A DNA stretch of 64,000 bases. Origin: Frankiales bacterium. GTDB lineage: Bacteria; Actinomycetota; Actinomycetes; JAWWOL01. The notes under the pieces are model-generated. The model made no database searches and had not been told where the DNA came from. It saw only the letters and a list, made by a program, of their open reading frames with translations. Of the stretch, positions 28,653-37,711 are shown in pieces (the stretch's first letter is position 1; every line of letters starts with the position of its first letter). The position numbers were made by a program, and so were the translations under genes. The DNA is taken from the NCBI GenBank assembly GCA_033851545.1, contig JAWWOO010000105.1, forward strand, positions 2,988 through 66,987. Reading direction: 5' to 3'.

Positions 28653-29618
28653 ATGAGCGCGACAGAGGCGACACTGCCGGCGTACGCCGGCTTCGCGGAC
28701 GCAACCCGTTCGGAGGCCTCCCTTCGGCTGTTCCTGCACGGCCTCCCGGGTGTCGATGCCGTCGGCGCCGAGGGTCGGATCGCCGGCTTGGGCACCCGCA
28801 GCATCAAGAAGGACGCCAAGCTCTGGGCGCTGGACATGGCGATCCGGATGGTGGACCTGACCACGCTCGAGGGCGCCGACACGGTGGGCAAGGTGGCCGC
28901 CCTGTGCGCCAAGGCCCGCCGGCCGGACCCGTCGGACCCCACCGCACCTGCCGTGGCCGCCGTGTGCGTCTATCCCGACATGATCCCGACTGTCGTCGAC
29001 CGGCTGCGGGGCAGCGGGGTCAAGGCGGCCAGCGTCGCCACCGCGTTTCCGTCCGGCCGCTCCTCGCTGGCGGTCAAGCTGGCCGACACCAAGGATGCGG
29101 TCGCCGCGGCCGCCGACGAGATCGACATGGTGATCGATCGCGGCGCATTCCTCTCCGGTCGCTACCAGCACGTGTTCGACGAGATCGTCGCCGTCAAGGA
29201 GGCCTGCGGGCCGGCTCACCTCAAGGTCATCCTCGAGACGGGCGAGCTGGTGACCTACGACAACGTCCGCCGCGCGTCGTGGCTGTCCATGCTGGCCGGC
29301 GCCGACTTCATCAAGACCTCGACCGGCAAGGTCTCCCCGGCATCGACGCTGCCGGTGATCCTCGTGATGCTCGAGGCCGTACGCGACTTCGCCGAGGCGA
29401 CCGGCGCCAAAGTGGGCGTCAAGGCGGCCGGCGGCATCCGCACCGCCAAGGACGCGATCAAGTACCTCGTCGTCGTCAAGGAGACGTGCGGCGAGGACTG
29501 GCTGACCCCCGACCTGTTCCGGATCGGCGCCTCCAGCCTGCTCAACGACCTGCTCATGCAGCGGTTCAAGCAGGCAACCGGGCGCTACGCCGGTCCCGAC
29601 TACTTCACCCTCGACTGA
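28653..29618 (+). CDS. deoC: deoxyribose-phosphate aldolase (long actinobacterial form)
   Basis: Blocks DMVIDRG, LKVILETGEL, FIKTSTGK (Schiff-base Lys) and GVKAAGGIR. Confidence 0.9.
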   Translation: MSATEATLPAYAGFADATRSEASLRLFLHGLPGVDAVGAEGRIAGLGTRSIKKDAKLWALDMAIRMVDLTTLEGADTVGKVAALCAKARRPDPSDPTAPAVAAVCVYPDMIPTVVDRLRGSGVKAASVATAFPSGRSSLAVKLADTKDAVAAAADEIDMVIDRGAFLSGRYQHVFDEIVAVKEACGPAHLKVILETGELVTYDNVRRASWLSMLAGADFIKTSTGKVSPASTLPVILVMLEAVRDFAEATGAKVGVKAAGGIRTAKDAIKYLVVVKETCGEDWLTPDLFRIGASSLLNDLLMQRFKQATGRYAGPDYFTLD

Positions 29619-29628
29619 TGGGCCCGCG

Positions 29629-31074
29629 ATGACCTTCGACTACGCACCGGCGCCCGAGTCGCGGGACGTGGCCAAGCTGCGTTCCTCGTACGGGCTCTAC
29701 ATCGGCGGACAGTTCGTCGACCCATTCGGGGGCGAGGCGTTCAAGACGATCAGCCCCGCGACGGAGGAGGTGCTGGCCGAGGTGGCCACCGCGGGCGCCG
29801 AGGATGTGGACCGCGCGGTGCTGGCCGCCCGCAAGGCCTATGACGAGGTGTGGCGGGCGCTGCCCGGACGCGAGCGGGCGAAGTATCTCTTCCGGATCGC
29901 CCGCATCCTGCAGGAGCGCTCGCGCGAGCTGGCCGTCGTCGAGACCCTCGACAACGGCAAGCCGATCCGCGAGTCCCGCGACGTGGACATCCCTTTAGCA
30001 GCAGCACATTTCTTCTACTACGCGGGCTGGGCGGACAAGCTCCCCTACGCCGGTCTAGGCCCGGACCCGCAGCCGCTGGGCGTGGCGGCCCAGGTCATCC
30101 CGTGGAACTTCCCGCTGCTGATGCTGGCCTGGAAGATCGCGCCTGCCTTGGCCGCCGGCAACACGGTGGTCCTCAAACCGGCCGAGACCACGCCGCTGAC
30201 AGCCCTGCTGTTCGCCGAGATCTGCCAGCAGGCGGACCTCCCGCCGGGGGTGGTCAACATCCTCACCGGCGCCGGCGAGACCGGCCGGGCGCTGGTCGGC
30301 CATCCGGGCGTCGACAAGGTGGCGTTCACCGGCTCGACCGAGGTGGGCAAGGAGATCCTGCGGACGCTGGCCGGGTCCCGCACCAAGCTCACCCTCGAGC
30401 TCGGTGGCAAGGCGGCGAACATCGTCTTTGACGACGCGCCGATCGACCAGGCTGTCGAGGGCATCGTCAACGGAATCTTCTTCAACCAGGGCCACGTCTG
30501 CTGCGCCGGGTCCCGCCTGCTCGTGCAGGAGTCGGTGCTGGATCCCTTGCTGGACAAGCTCAAGCGGCGTCTCGGCACGCTGCGGCTCGGCGACCCGATG
30601 GACAAGAACACCGACATCGGCGCGATCAACTCCGCGGAGCAGCTGGCCCGGATCACCGCCCTTGCCGACTCCGGGGTGGCCGAGGGTGCGACCCGCTGGA
30701 GTCCCGAGTGCGAGCTGCCGGGGACCGGCTTCTGGTTCGCGCCGACGTTGTTCACCGATGTCGCGCAGTCGACCCGGATCGCCCGCGAGGAGATCTTCGG
30801 CCCGGTGCTGTCGGTGCTGACCTTCCGGACCCCCGACGAGGCGGTCGAGAAGGCCAACAACACGCCGTACGGACTCTCGGCCGGCGTCTGGACGGAGAAA
30901 GGCTCGCGCATCCTCTGGATGGCGCAACGGCTGCGGGCCGGCGTCGTGTGGGCCAACACGTTCAACCGGTTCGACCCGGCGTCGCCGTTCGGCGGCTACA
31001 AGGAGTCGGGGTTCGGCCGCGAGGGCGGCGTCCCCGGGCTTGCCGCCTACCTTGCGAAAGGGTCGCATGGCTGA
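29629..31074 (+). CDS. NAD(P)-dependent aldehyde dehydrogenase
   Basis: All catalytic motifs are present: PWNFP, KPAETTP, ELGGK, QGHVCCAGSR (catalytic Cys) and EEIFGPV. Confidence 0.95.
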   Translation: MTFDYAPAPESRDVAKLRSSYGLYIGGQFVDPFGGEAFKTISPATEEVLAEVATAGAEDVDRAVLAARKAYDEVWRALPGRERAKYLFRIARILQERSRELAVVETLDNGKPIRESRDVDIPLAAAHFFYYAGWADKLPYAGLGPDPQPLGVAAQVIPWNFPLLMLAWKIAPALAAGNTVVLKPAETTPLTALLFAEICQQADLPPGVVNILTGAGETGRALVGHPGVDKVAFTGSTEVGKEILRTLAGSRTKLTLELGGKAANIVFDDAPIDQAVEGIVNGIFFNQGHVCCAGSRLLVQESVLDPLLDKLKRRLGTLRLGDPMDKNTDIGAINSAEQLARITALADSGVAEGATRWSPECELPGTGFWFAPTLFTDVAQSTRIAREEIFGPVLSVLTFRTPDEAVEKANNTPYGLSAGVWTEKGSRILWMAQRLRAGVVWANTFNRFDPASPFGGYKESGFGREGGVPGLAAYLAKGSHG

Positions 31075-31930
31075 GGACCGGATCGGCGTACGGAAGACGT
31101 ACAAGCTCTACATCGGCGGTGCGTTCCCGCGTTCGGAGTCGGGGCGGACCTACGAAATCGTCGGCGGGTCCGGCCATTTCCTCGCCAACGCGGCGCAGGC
31201 CTCGCGCAAGGACGCCAGGGATTCCGTCGTGGCGGCCCGCAAGGCGTTCCCCTCGTGGTCGGCGGCTACCGCCTACAACCGGGGGCAGATCCTCTACCGG
31301 GTCGCCGAGCTGCTCGAGGGCCGGCGTTCGCAGTTCGTCGACGAGGTTGCCCTCGCCGGCGGACTGTCGCCCGCCGACGCGCAGCGTGAGGTTGCCGAGG
31401 CGATCGACCGCTGGGTCTGGTACGCCGGGTGGTCCGACAAGATCGCCGCCGTCGCCGGCGCTGCCAACCCGGTCGTCGGCCCGTACTTCAACTTCTCCGT
31501 CCCCGAGCCGACCGGCGTCGTCGCGGTCATCGCACCGCAGTCGCCGTCCTTGCTCGGGCTGGTCTCCGTGGTCGCGCCGATCATCCTCACCGGCAACACC
31601 TGCGTGGTCGTTGCCAGCGAGCGGTCGCCGCTGCCGGCTGTCACGCTGAGCGAGGTGCTGGCGACCTCCGACCTCCCAGGTGGTGTGGTCAACCTGCTCA
31701 CCGGGTTCACCGCCGAGCTGGCGCCCGGGCTGGCCGCCCACATGGACGTCAACGCGATCGACCTTGCCGGTGTCGAGTGGAGTGTGGTGGCTGAGCTCGA
31801 ACATGCGGCCGCCGACAACGTCAAGCGGGTCCTCCTACCGTCGGAGACGGACTGGTACACCGATCCCGGGACGGCGCGGCTGACAGCGTTCCTCGAGACC
31901 AAGACCGTCTGGCACCCGGTCGGCGTCTGA
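31067..31930 (+). CDS. ALDH-like protein lacking the catalytic domain (287 aa)
   Basis: ATG 31067 overlaps the ALDH end by 8 nt. It aligns by eye to the neighbouring ALDH through the NAD-binding half (YKLYIGG, AARKAF, WYAGWSDKI, GGVVNLLTG). PWNFP, KPAE, ELGGK and the Cys region are replaced or absent. Confidence 0.8.
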   Translation: MAEDRIGVRKTYKLYIGGAFPRSESGRTYEIVGGSGHFLANAAQASRKDARDSVVAARKAFPSWSAATAYNRGQILYRVAELLEGRRSQFVDEVALAGGLSPADAQREVAEAIDRWVWYAGWSDKIAAVAGAANPVVGPYFNFSVPEPTGVVAVIAPQSPSLLGLVSVVAPIILTGNTCVVVASERSPLPAVTLSEVLATSDLPGGVVNLLTGFTAELAPGLAAHMDVNAIDLAGVEWSVVAELEHAAADNVKRVLLPSETDWYTDPGTARLTAFLETKTVWHPVGV

Positions 31931-31970
31931 CCCAGCCGGTGACGGGCGTGTAACAACTGGATTAGACCTC

Positions 31971-32000
31971 TTGACGGGCTGGCGGCTGCCTCGCTACGTT
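31971..32000 (+). promoter_or_regulatory. candidate sigma-70-type promoter (TTGACG-N18-TACGTT)
   Basis: -35-like TTGACG at 31971-31976 and -10-like TACGTT at 31995-32000, upstream of the ROK gene. The spacer is slightly long. Confidence 0.3.
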
Positions 32001-32006
32001 CCCGGC

Positions 32007-32031
32007 ACTGACAGGAAACTTTCCTTACAGT
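32007..32031. promoter_or_regulatory. imperfect 25-nt palindrome with a perfect core AGGAAAcTTTCCT (candidate ROK operator)
   Basis: ACTGACAGGAAACTTTCCTTACAGT lies between the putative promoter and the ROK start codon. Confidence 0.45.
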
Positions 32032-32052
32032 GTCGTTCGCCGAGGAGGGTCG

Positions 32053-33261
32053 TTGAACCGCACTGGCACGCCGCAGCTGCTCCGGGCGATCAACGACCGT
32101 GCCGCGCTCGATCTGCTGCTGCGCCATGGCTCGCTGTCGCGCACCCAGCTGGGTGAGCTGACCGGCTTGTCCAAGGTGACCGCGTCCCAGCTGCTCAGCC
32201 GGCTCGAGGCGGACGGCCTGGTCATCCCGGTGGGCCTGAGCACCGGTGCCCGCGGCCCCGGTGCCCAGCTGTACGCGGTGGACGGGTCGGCGGCCCACGT
32301 TGCCGCCGTCGACGTCGTCCCGTCGCAGCTCACCGTGACGGTCGCCGACCTCGCCGGGCGCGTCACCGGCGAGGCGGTCGTCCGCACCGGTCGCGGTGGC
32401 GGCACCGACCCGGTCGCGGACATCCGGCGCGGGCTGGTGGCCGCCACCGCGGCGGCCGGGGTGACAGGGGTCGACCACGTCGTCATCGGTGCCCCCGGCG
32501 TGTACGACCCGACCACCGACCGGTTGGCTCATGCCACCCATCTCACGACCTGGTCCAGGCCCGGCGTCCTGTCCACCCTGCAGGACCTGCTCGGCGTGCC
32601 CGTGGCCTTGGAGAACAACGTCAACCTGGCCGCCATCGCCGAGCGGGATGCCGGGGTGGCCCGCGACGTGGACAGCTTCGCCATGCTCTGGGTGAGTGCC
32701 GGCCTGGGCATGGCCATCGACCTCGGCGGCACCCTGCACCGCGGGGCCACCGGCGGCGCGGGGGAGATCGGCTACATGCCGGTGGCAGGAGCGCCACACC
32801 ACGCCCGGGGTCGCCGGTTCCAGGACCTCGTCGGCGGTCCGGCGGTGCTGCGGCTGGCCAAGGAGCACGGCTTCAGCGGTCGCACGGCCGAGGCCGCCGT
32901 ACGACGGGCTGCTGGGGCCGGCGCCGCCGGAAAGCCGTTGCTGGCAGAGCTTTCCACCCGGCTGGCCACCGGCCTGTCCACCATCGTCGCGGTCCTCGAC
33001 CCCAGCCTGGTCGTGCTCACCGGTGATGTGGCGCTGGCCGGCGGCGCCGTCCTGCGCGGCCTCGTGGAGCGCAAGCTGCGCGACCTGACCCCCCTCCGGC
33101 CGCGCGTGGCGCTCAGCGCCGTCGAGGGCAACGCCGTCAGCGCGGGCGCACTCGTGATGGCCCTGGAGCTCGTCCGGGACGTGCACTTCGGCACCCCCCA
33201 CAGCAGCAAGCCCCACCTCGCCCGTACGAAGGAGCAGTTCAGTGACAGCACGTCTGCGTAG
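32053..33261 (+). CDS. ROK-family transcriptional regulator
   Basis: TTG 32053 lies 4 nt after GAGGAGGG. N-terminal wHTH LLRAINDRAALDLLLRHGSLSRTQLGELTGLSKVTASQLL, followed by a ROK sugar-kinase-like domain. Confidence 0.9.
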   Translation: MNRTGTPQLLRAINDRAALDLLLRHGSLSRTQLGELTGLSKVTASQLLSRLEADGLVIPVGLSTGARGPGAQLYAVDGSAAHVAAVDVVPSQLTVTVADLAGRVTGEAVVRTGRGGGTDPVADIRRGLVAATAAAGVTGVDHVVIGAPGVYDPTTDRLAHATHLTTWSRPGVLSTLQDLLGVPVALENNVNLAAIAERDAGVARDVDSFAMLWVSAGLGMAIDLGGTLHRGATGGAGEIGYMPVAGAPHHARGRRFQDLVGGPAVLRLAKEHGFSGRTAEAAVRRAAGAGAAGKPLLAELSTRLATGLSTIVAVLDPSLVVLTGDVALAGGAVLRGLVERKLRDLTPLRPRVALSAVEGNAVSAGALVMALELVRDVHFGTPHSSKPHLARTKEQFSDSTSA

Positions 33262-34657
33262 GACTGCCGCCGTCGCCTCCCTCAGCGCGGTCGCGCTGAC
33301 CCTGGCCGCGTGCGGCACGAGCGGCAGCTCAGCGCACGGGGGGCCAGGGGGCGTCACGACCACGGCCACCAAGGCGGCAGGCTCGGCAGCAGCGGTGGCC
33401 ACCTCCGCCTCGCCGCTGCCGTCAGCGCCGGCCAAGGTCAGCGGCACCGTGCAGCTCTGGCACTTCTTCACCGGCCGGGAGGCCAAAGCCATCGACGGAG
33501 TCGTGGCCGACTTCGAGAAGGCCTACCCCGACATCAAGGTCGTGGTGAAGTCCGGGCAGGACGACACCAAGGCCACCCAGGCGATCTCGGCCGGCAAGGG
33601 ACCCGACGTCGACCTGTCCTACTCCACCGACATCACCGGGAAGTTCTGCTCCACGGGGGCTTTCCGCGACCTGGGCCCGTACATCGCCCGTGACAAGGTC
33701 GACCTCAGCCAGATCCCGCAGTCGGTGCAGTCCTACACCGAGTACAAGGGGGTGCGCTGCGAGATGCCGTTCCTGGCCGACACCTACGGGCTCTACTACA
33801 ACAAGACGTTGCTGGCCGCAGCCGGCTACACCTCGCCGCCGAAGACGATGAGCGAGCTCACGGCGATGGCCGAGAAGCTGACGAAGCGCAACGCGGACGG
33901 GTCGATCAAGGTCGCCGGCTACGTGCCGACCGTCGGCTACTACGAGAACGCACCTGCCCACTATGCGCCCACGTACGGTGCCACCTGGCTCAAGCCCGAC
34001 GGCACCTCGAACATCGGCAGCGACAAGAACTGGCAGCCGTACCTCACCTGGATCCAGACGCTGACCAAGTTCTACGGTCAGGACAAGCTCGCGAAGTTCG
34101 TCGCCGGAGCCGGACAGGAGTTCTCGGCCGACAACGACTTCGAGAAGGGCAAGGTCGCGATGATGATCGACGGGGAATACCGCAACGCCTTCCTCAAGAG
34201 CGAGCACCCGGAGCTGTCGTACGCGACGGCGCCGTTCCCGACGGCCGACGACAAGACCAACCTGTACGGCGGCGGCTACGTCACCGGCAACATCATCGGG
34301 ATCGGCAAGGGCGCGAAGAACCCCGAGGCTGCCTGGGTTCTCATCAAGTACCTCACCTCCGACACCGCCGCGATGGTCAAGCTCGCCAACGGCATCAAGA
34401 ATGTCCCGACGTGGAACCCGGCGCTCAACTCGCCGGACCTGGAGGCGGACACCAACTTCAAGACGTTCCTCGACGTGTTCGCCAACCCCAGCACCGCGAC
34501 CACCCCGGCCAGCCCCAACGGCGGCGCCTATCAGGTGACCTTCCAGAACTGGATCCAGAAATGGCAGACCGGCAAGGCGGGCACCAACCTGCAGGGCGGC
34601 CTGAACGGCGTTGACCAGCAGATCAACGACGCGCTGAAGCTCGGCACCGCACCTTGA
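33242..34657 (+). CDS. sugar ABC transporter substrate-binding lipoprotein
   Basis: Lipobox LTLAACG. Family-1 solute-binding protein features (WHFFTGRE...DFEKAYPDIKV). Confidence 0.9.
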   Translation: MTARLRRTAAVASLSAVALTLAACGTSGSSAHGGPGGVTTTATKAAGSAAAVATSASPLPSAPAKVSGTVQLWHFFTGREAKAIDGVVADFEKAYPDIKVVVKSGQDDTKATQAISAGKGPDVDLSYSTDITGKFCSTGAFRDLGPYIARDKVDLSQIPQSVQSYTEYKGVRCEMPFLADTYGLYYNKTLLAAAGYTSPPKTMSELTAMAEKLTKRNADGSIKVAGYVPTVGYYENAPAHYAPTYGATWLKPDGTSNIGSDKNWQPYLTWIQTLTKFYGQDKLAKFVAGAGQEFSADNDFEKGKVAMMIDGEYRNAFLKSEHPELSYATAPFPTADDKTNLYGGGYVTGNIIGIGKGAKNPEAAWVLIKYLTSDTAAMVKLANGIKNVPTWNPALNSPDLEADTNFKTFLDVFANPSTATTPASPNGGAYQVTFQNWIQKWQTGKAGTNLQGGLNGVDQQINDALKLGTAP

Positions 34658-35574
34658 CCGGTCGGAGGGGCCTGTTCACCGCCGCGTTGATGGCGCCCGC
34701 GACGATCGGCCTGATCGTCTTCTTCGTCTACCCGCTGTTCGCCACTTTCTATTTCTCCTTCACCCGCTTCGACCTGCTGTCCTCGCCGCAATGGGTGGGG
34801 CTGCGCAACTACAAGTATTTCTTCACCGAGGACCCGGTCGTCTGGCAGGCGCTGCGCAACACCTTGTGGCTGGTCGTGGTGATGGTCCCGTGCCGCATCC
34901 TGTTCGCACTGGGCACGGCCGGCATCGTCACGCAGATCAAGCGGCGGGCGGGACTGCTGCGGACATTGTTCTACCTGCCGGCGCTGGCTCCGCCGGTCGC
35001 AGCGACGGTGGCCTTCGTCTTCCTGTTCAACCCCGCCGTCGGCCCGGTCAACCAGGTGCTGGGTTTCGCGCACCTCTCGCAGCCAGGCTGGTTCGGCGAC
35101 TCGACGTGGTCGAAGCCCGCCCTGGTGCTGCTGGGACTGTGGGGCATCGGCGACATCATGATCATCTTTCTGGCCAGCCTGCTCGACGTACCGCAGGACC
35201 AGTACGAGGCCGCCAGCCTCGACGGGGCCAACGGCCTGCAGCGCTTCCGCTACGTCACCATCCCGTCGATCAAGCCGGTGCTGCTGTTCGCGACCATCAC
35301 CGGCGTCATCGACATGCTGCAGTACTTCACGCAGGCGACGGTGGCGGCCCAGGTCGCCAGCGGCCAGGCGAACAACGGGGCCGGCACGGCGACCACGCTC
35401 GGCTACCCCAACGGCTCGACGCTGACCTTCTCGCAATGGCTCTACCAGGAGGGCTTCACCAACTTCTACCTCGGCTACGCGAGTGCCATGTCCGTGCTGA
35501 TGTTCCTCATCGCGATCGGTTTCATCGTGTTCCTGCTCCGGCGGTCCGGGTCCTTCCGCGGAGCCGAGGCATGA
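34654..35574 (+). CDS. carbohydrate ABC transporter permease (MalF-like)
   Basis: Six-helix permease with an EAA-loop region (AASLDGANGLQRFRYVTIP). The TTG start overlaps the SBP stop. Confidence 0.9.
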   Translation: MTGRRGLFTAALMAPATIGLIVFFVYPLFATFYFSFTRFDLLSSPQWVGLRNYKYFFTEDPVVWQALRNTLWLVVVMVPCRILFALGTAGIVTQIKRRAGLLRTLFYLPALAPPVAATVAFVFLFNPAVGPVNQVLGFAHLSQPGWFGDSTWSKPALVLLGLWGIGDIMIIFLASLLDVPQDQYEAASLDGANGLQRFRYVTIPSIKPVLLFATITGVIDMLQYFTQATVAAQVASGQANNGAGTATTLGYPNGSTLTFSQWLYQEGFTNFYLGYASAMSVLMFLIAIGFIVFLLRRSGSFRGAEA

Positions 35575-36455
35575 CCGCCGTCGCCGCTGGCACCCGGCCG
35601 GTCACACCGATGCGCTCGGTGCGCAGGGTCCGTACGGAGGGCAAGCTCGTCTGGCTGGCCAAGCACTCCGTCGCGGTGGCGCTCGCGCTGGCCTTCGTCC
35701 TGCCGTTCGCATTCATCATCCTGACGTCGATGATGACCACGGAGCAGGCCGGCACCGCCAGCCTGTGGCCGCACTCGTGGCACCCTGGCAACTTCGCCAA
35801 GGTCTTCCAGACCGCTCCGATGTTCTCCTACTTCGGCAACACGCTGGAGTACGCCGTTCTCGCGACGCTCTTCATGCTGTTGTCGAGCGTGCCCGCGGCC
35901 TATGCCATGGCCCGGATCCGGTTCAGGGGCGCCAATCTTGCCTTCCTGGCGGTGCTGGCGGCCATGACCTTGCCGCCGCAGGTCACGCAGGTGCCCATCT
36001 ACCTGATGTGGGCCAAGCTCAACCTCACCGGGTCGCTGTGGCCGCTGATCCTGCCCAACCTGTTCGGGGACGCGTTCAGCATCTTCCTGCTGCGGCAGTT
36101 CCTCCTTACCATCCCCGAGGAGTACGGCGACGCCGCCCGCTGTGACGGCTGCAGTGAGTGGCAGGTGATGACCCGGGTCATCCTGCCGATGGCCAGGCCG
36201 GCCCTCGCGGCCACGGGGATGTTCATGTTTCTGCTGTGCTGGAACGACTACTACGGGCCGTTGCTCTACACCAGCGAGAACAGCGCACACTGGACGCTGT
36301 CCTACGGGCTCTCGCAGTTCCGTACGCTCTACCAGGTGCAGTGGAACCTCGTGATGGCAGCCACTCTCCTCGTCATGGTGCCCGTGATCGTGCTGTTCTT
36401 CTTCGCCCAGAAGGCCTTCGTTCAGGGCGTCACGCTGACAGGAGTCAAGGGATGA
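35571..36455 (+). CDS. carbohydrate ABC transporter permease (MalG-like)
   Basis: ATG 35571 overlaps the upstream stop (ATGA). EAA-loop DAARCDGCSEWQVMTRVILP. Confidence 0.9.
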   Translation: MTAVAAGTRPVTPMRSVRRVRTEGKLVWLAKHSVAVALALAFVLPFAFIILTSMMTTEQAGTASLWPHSWHPGNFAKVFQTAPMFSYFGNTLEYAVLATLFMLLSSVPAAYAMARIRFRGANLAFLAVLAAMTLPPQVTQVPIYLMWAKLNLTGSLWPLILPNLFGDAFSIFLLRQFLLTIPEEYGDAARCDGCSEWQVMTRVILPMARPALAATGMFMFLLCWNDYYGPLLYTSENSAHWTLSYGLSQFRTLYQVQWNLVMAATLLVMVPVIVLFFFAQKAFVQGVTLTGVKG

Positions 36456-37711
36456 AGCTGACCGTGGTGGGCGGCGGCTCGACCTACACTCCCGAGCTGG
36501 TCGACGGCATCGCCAGGCTGCGTGACACGTTGCCGGTGGAGCAGCTGGTCCTAACCGACCCGGCAGCGGATCGGCTGGCGCTCGTCGGATCCCTTGGCCG
36601 GCGGATGTTCTCGCGCGAGGGCCACGACGGCGTGGTCAGCTGGACGACCGATTTCGACGCTGCGGTCTCTGATGCCGACGTGGTGCTGCTCCAGCTGCGG
36701 ATCGGCGGGCAGGCAGCCAGGGCGGTGGACGAGACGCTGCCGCTGGAGTGCGGCTGCGTGGGCCAGGAGACCACCGGGGCGGGCGGACTGGCCAAGGCGC
36801 TGCGTACGGTGCCGGTGGTTCTCGACGTCGCCGAGCGGGTCCGCAAGCTGGCCAGGCCCGATGCCTGGATCGTCGACTTCACCAACCCGGTCGGCATCGT
36901 CACCCGTGCCCTGCTCGACGCCGGCCACCGGGCGGTCGGCCTGTGCAACGTCGCGATCGGCTACCAGCGTCAGGCCGCGCAGCTGCTCGGAGTCGATGCG
37001 TCGCGGATCTCCCTCGACCACGTCGGCCTCAACCACCTCACCTGGGAGCGGGCGATCCGGCTGGACGGCATCGACGTGCTGCCGCGGCTGATGGCTGAGC
37101 ATGGCGAGGAGCTGGCCGGCCGTACGGGCATGCCGCTCGAGCTGTCACGCCGACTCGGCGTGCTGCCGTCCTACTATCTGCGCTACTTCTACCAGCACGA
37201 CGCGGTTGTGTCCGAGCAGCGAGCCGAGCCGTCCCGCGCGGCCACGGTCGCAGCCATCGAGAGCGAGCTGCTCGAGATCTACGCCGACCCGGAGCTCGAC
37301 ACCAAGCCGGCCTTGCTCGGGCAGCGCGGCGGGGCCTACTACTCCGAGGCAGCAGTGGATCTGGTCGCCTCACTGACGTCCGACCGCCGCGACGTGCAGG
37401 TCGTCAACCTGCGCAACAACGGCACGTTCGCCGGCTTGTCCGATGACGCCGTGGTCGAGGTGCCGGCCGTCGTCGGTGCGCACGGGGCGACACCGGTCGC
37501 GGTGCAACCGCTGGCCCCGTTGTACTCCGGCCTCGTGCAGCATGTGTCCGCGTACGAGGAGCTCGCACTCGACGCGGCCTTGCACGGTGGCCGCGAGCGG
37601 GTGTTCCGTGCCTTGCTGGCCCATCCGCTCGTCGGCCAGCTCGACCGGGCGGAGCGGCTGACCGACCTGCTGCTCGCGGCCAACGCCCGCTACCTGCCGT
37701 GGGCGCAGTGA
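36452..37711 (+). CDS. GH4-family 6-phospho-beta-glucosidase
   Basis: ATG 36452 overlaps the permease stop (ATGA). N-terminal NAD motif MKLTVVGGGSTYTPELV, plus GLCNVAIG and GLNHLTW blocks. Confidence 0.9.
   Translation: MKLTVVGGGSTYTPELVDGIARLRDTLPVEQLVLTDPAADRLALVGSLGRRMFSREGHDGVVSWTTDFDAAVSDADVVLLQLRIGGQAARAVDETLPLECGCVGQETTGAGGLAKALRTVPVVLDVAERVRKLARPDAWIVDFTNPVGIVTRALLDAGHRAVGLCNVAIGYQRQAAQLLGVDASRISLDHVGLNHLTWERAIRLDGIDVLPRLMAEHGEELAGRTGMPLELSRRLGVLPSYYLRYFYQHDAVVSEQRAEPSRAATVAAIESELLEIYADPELDTKPALLGQRGGAYYSEAAVDLVASLTSDRRDVQVVNLRNNGTFAGLSDDAVVEVPAVVGAHGATPVAVQPLAPLYSGLVQHVSAYEELALDAALHGGRERVFRALLAHPLVGQLDRAERLTDLLLAANARYLPWAQ

Noticed and set aside
31294-33492. 732-aa minus-strand ORF spanning the ALDH-like, ROK and SBP genes
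   Set aside because: It crosses an intergenic region and three well-supported plus-strand genes, and its composition is Arg/Ala/Gly-rich. It is a shadow ORF.
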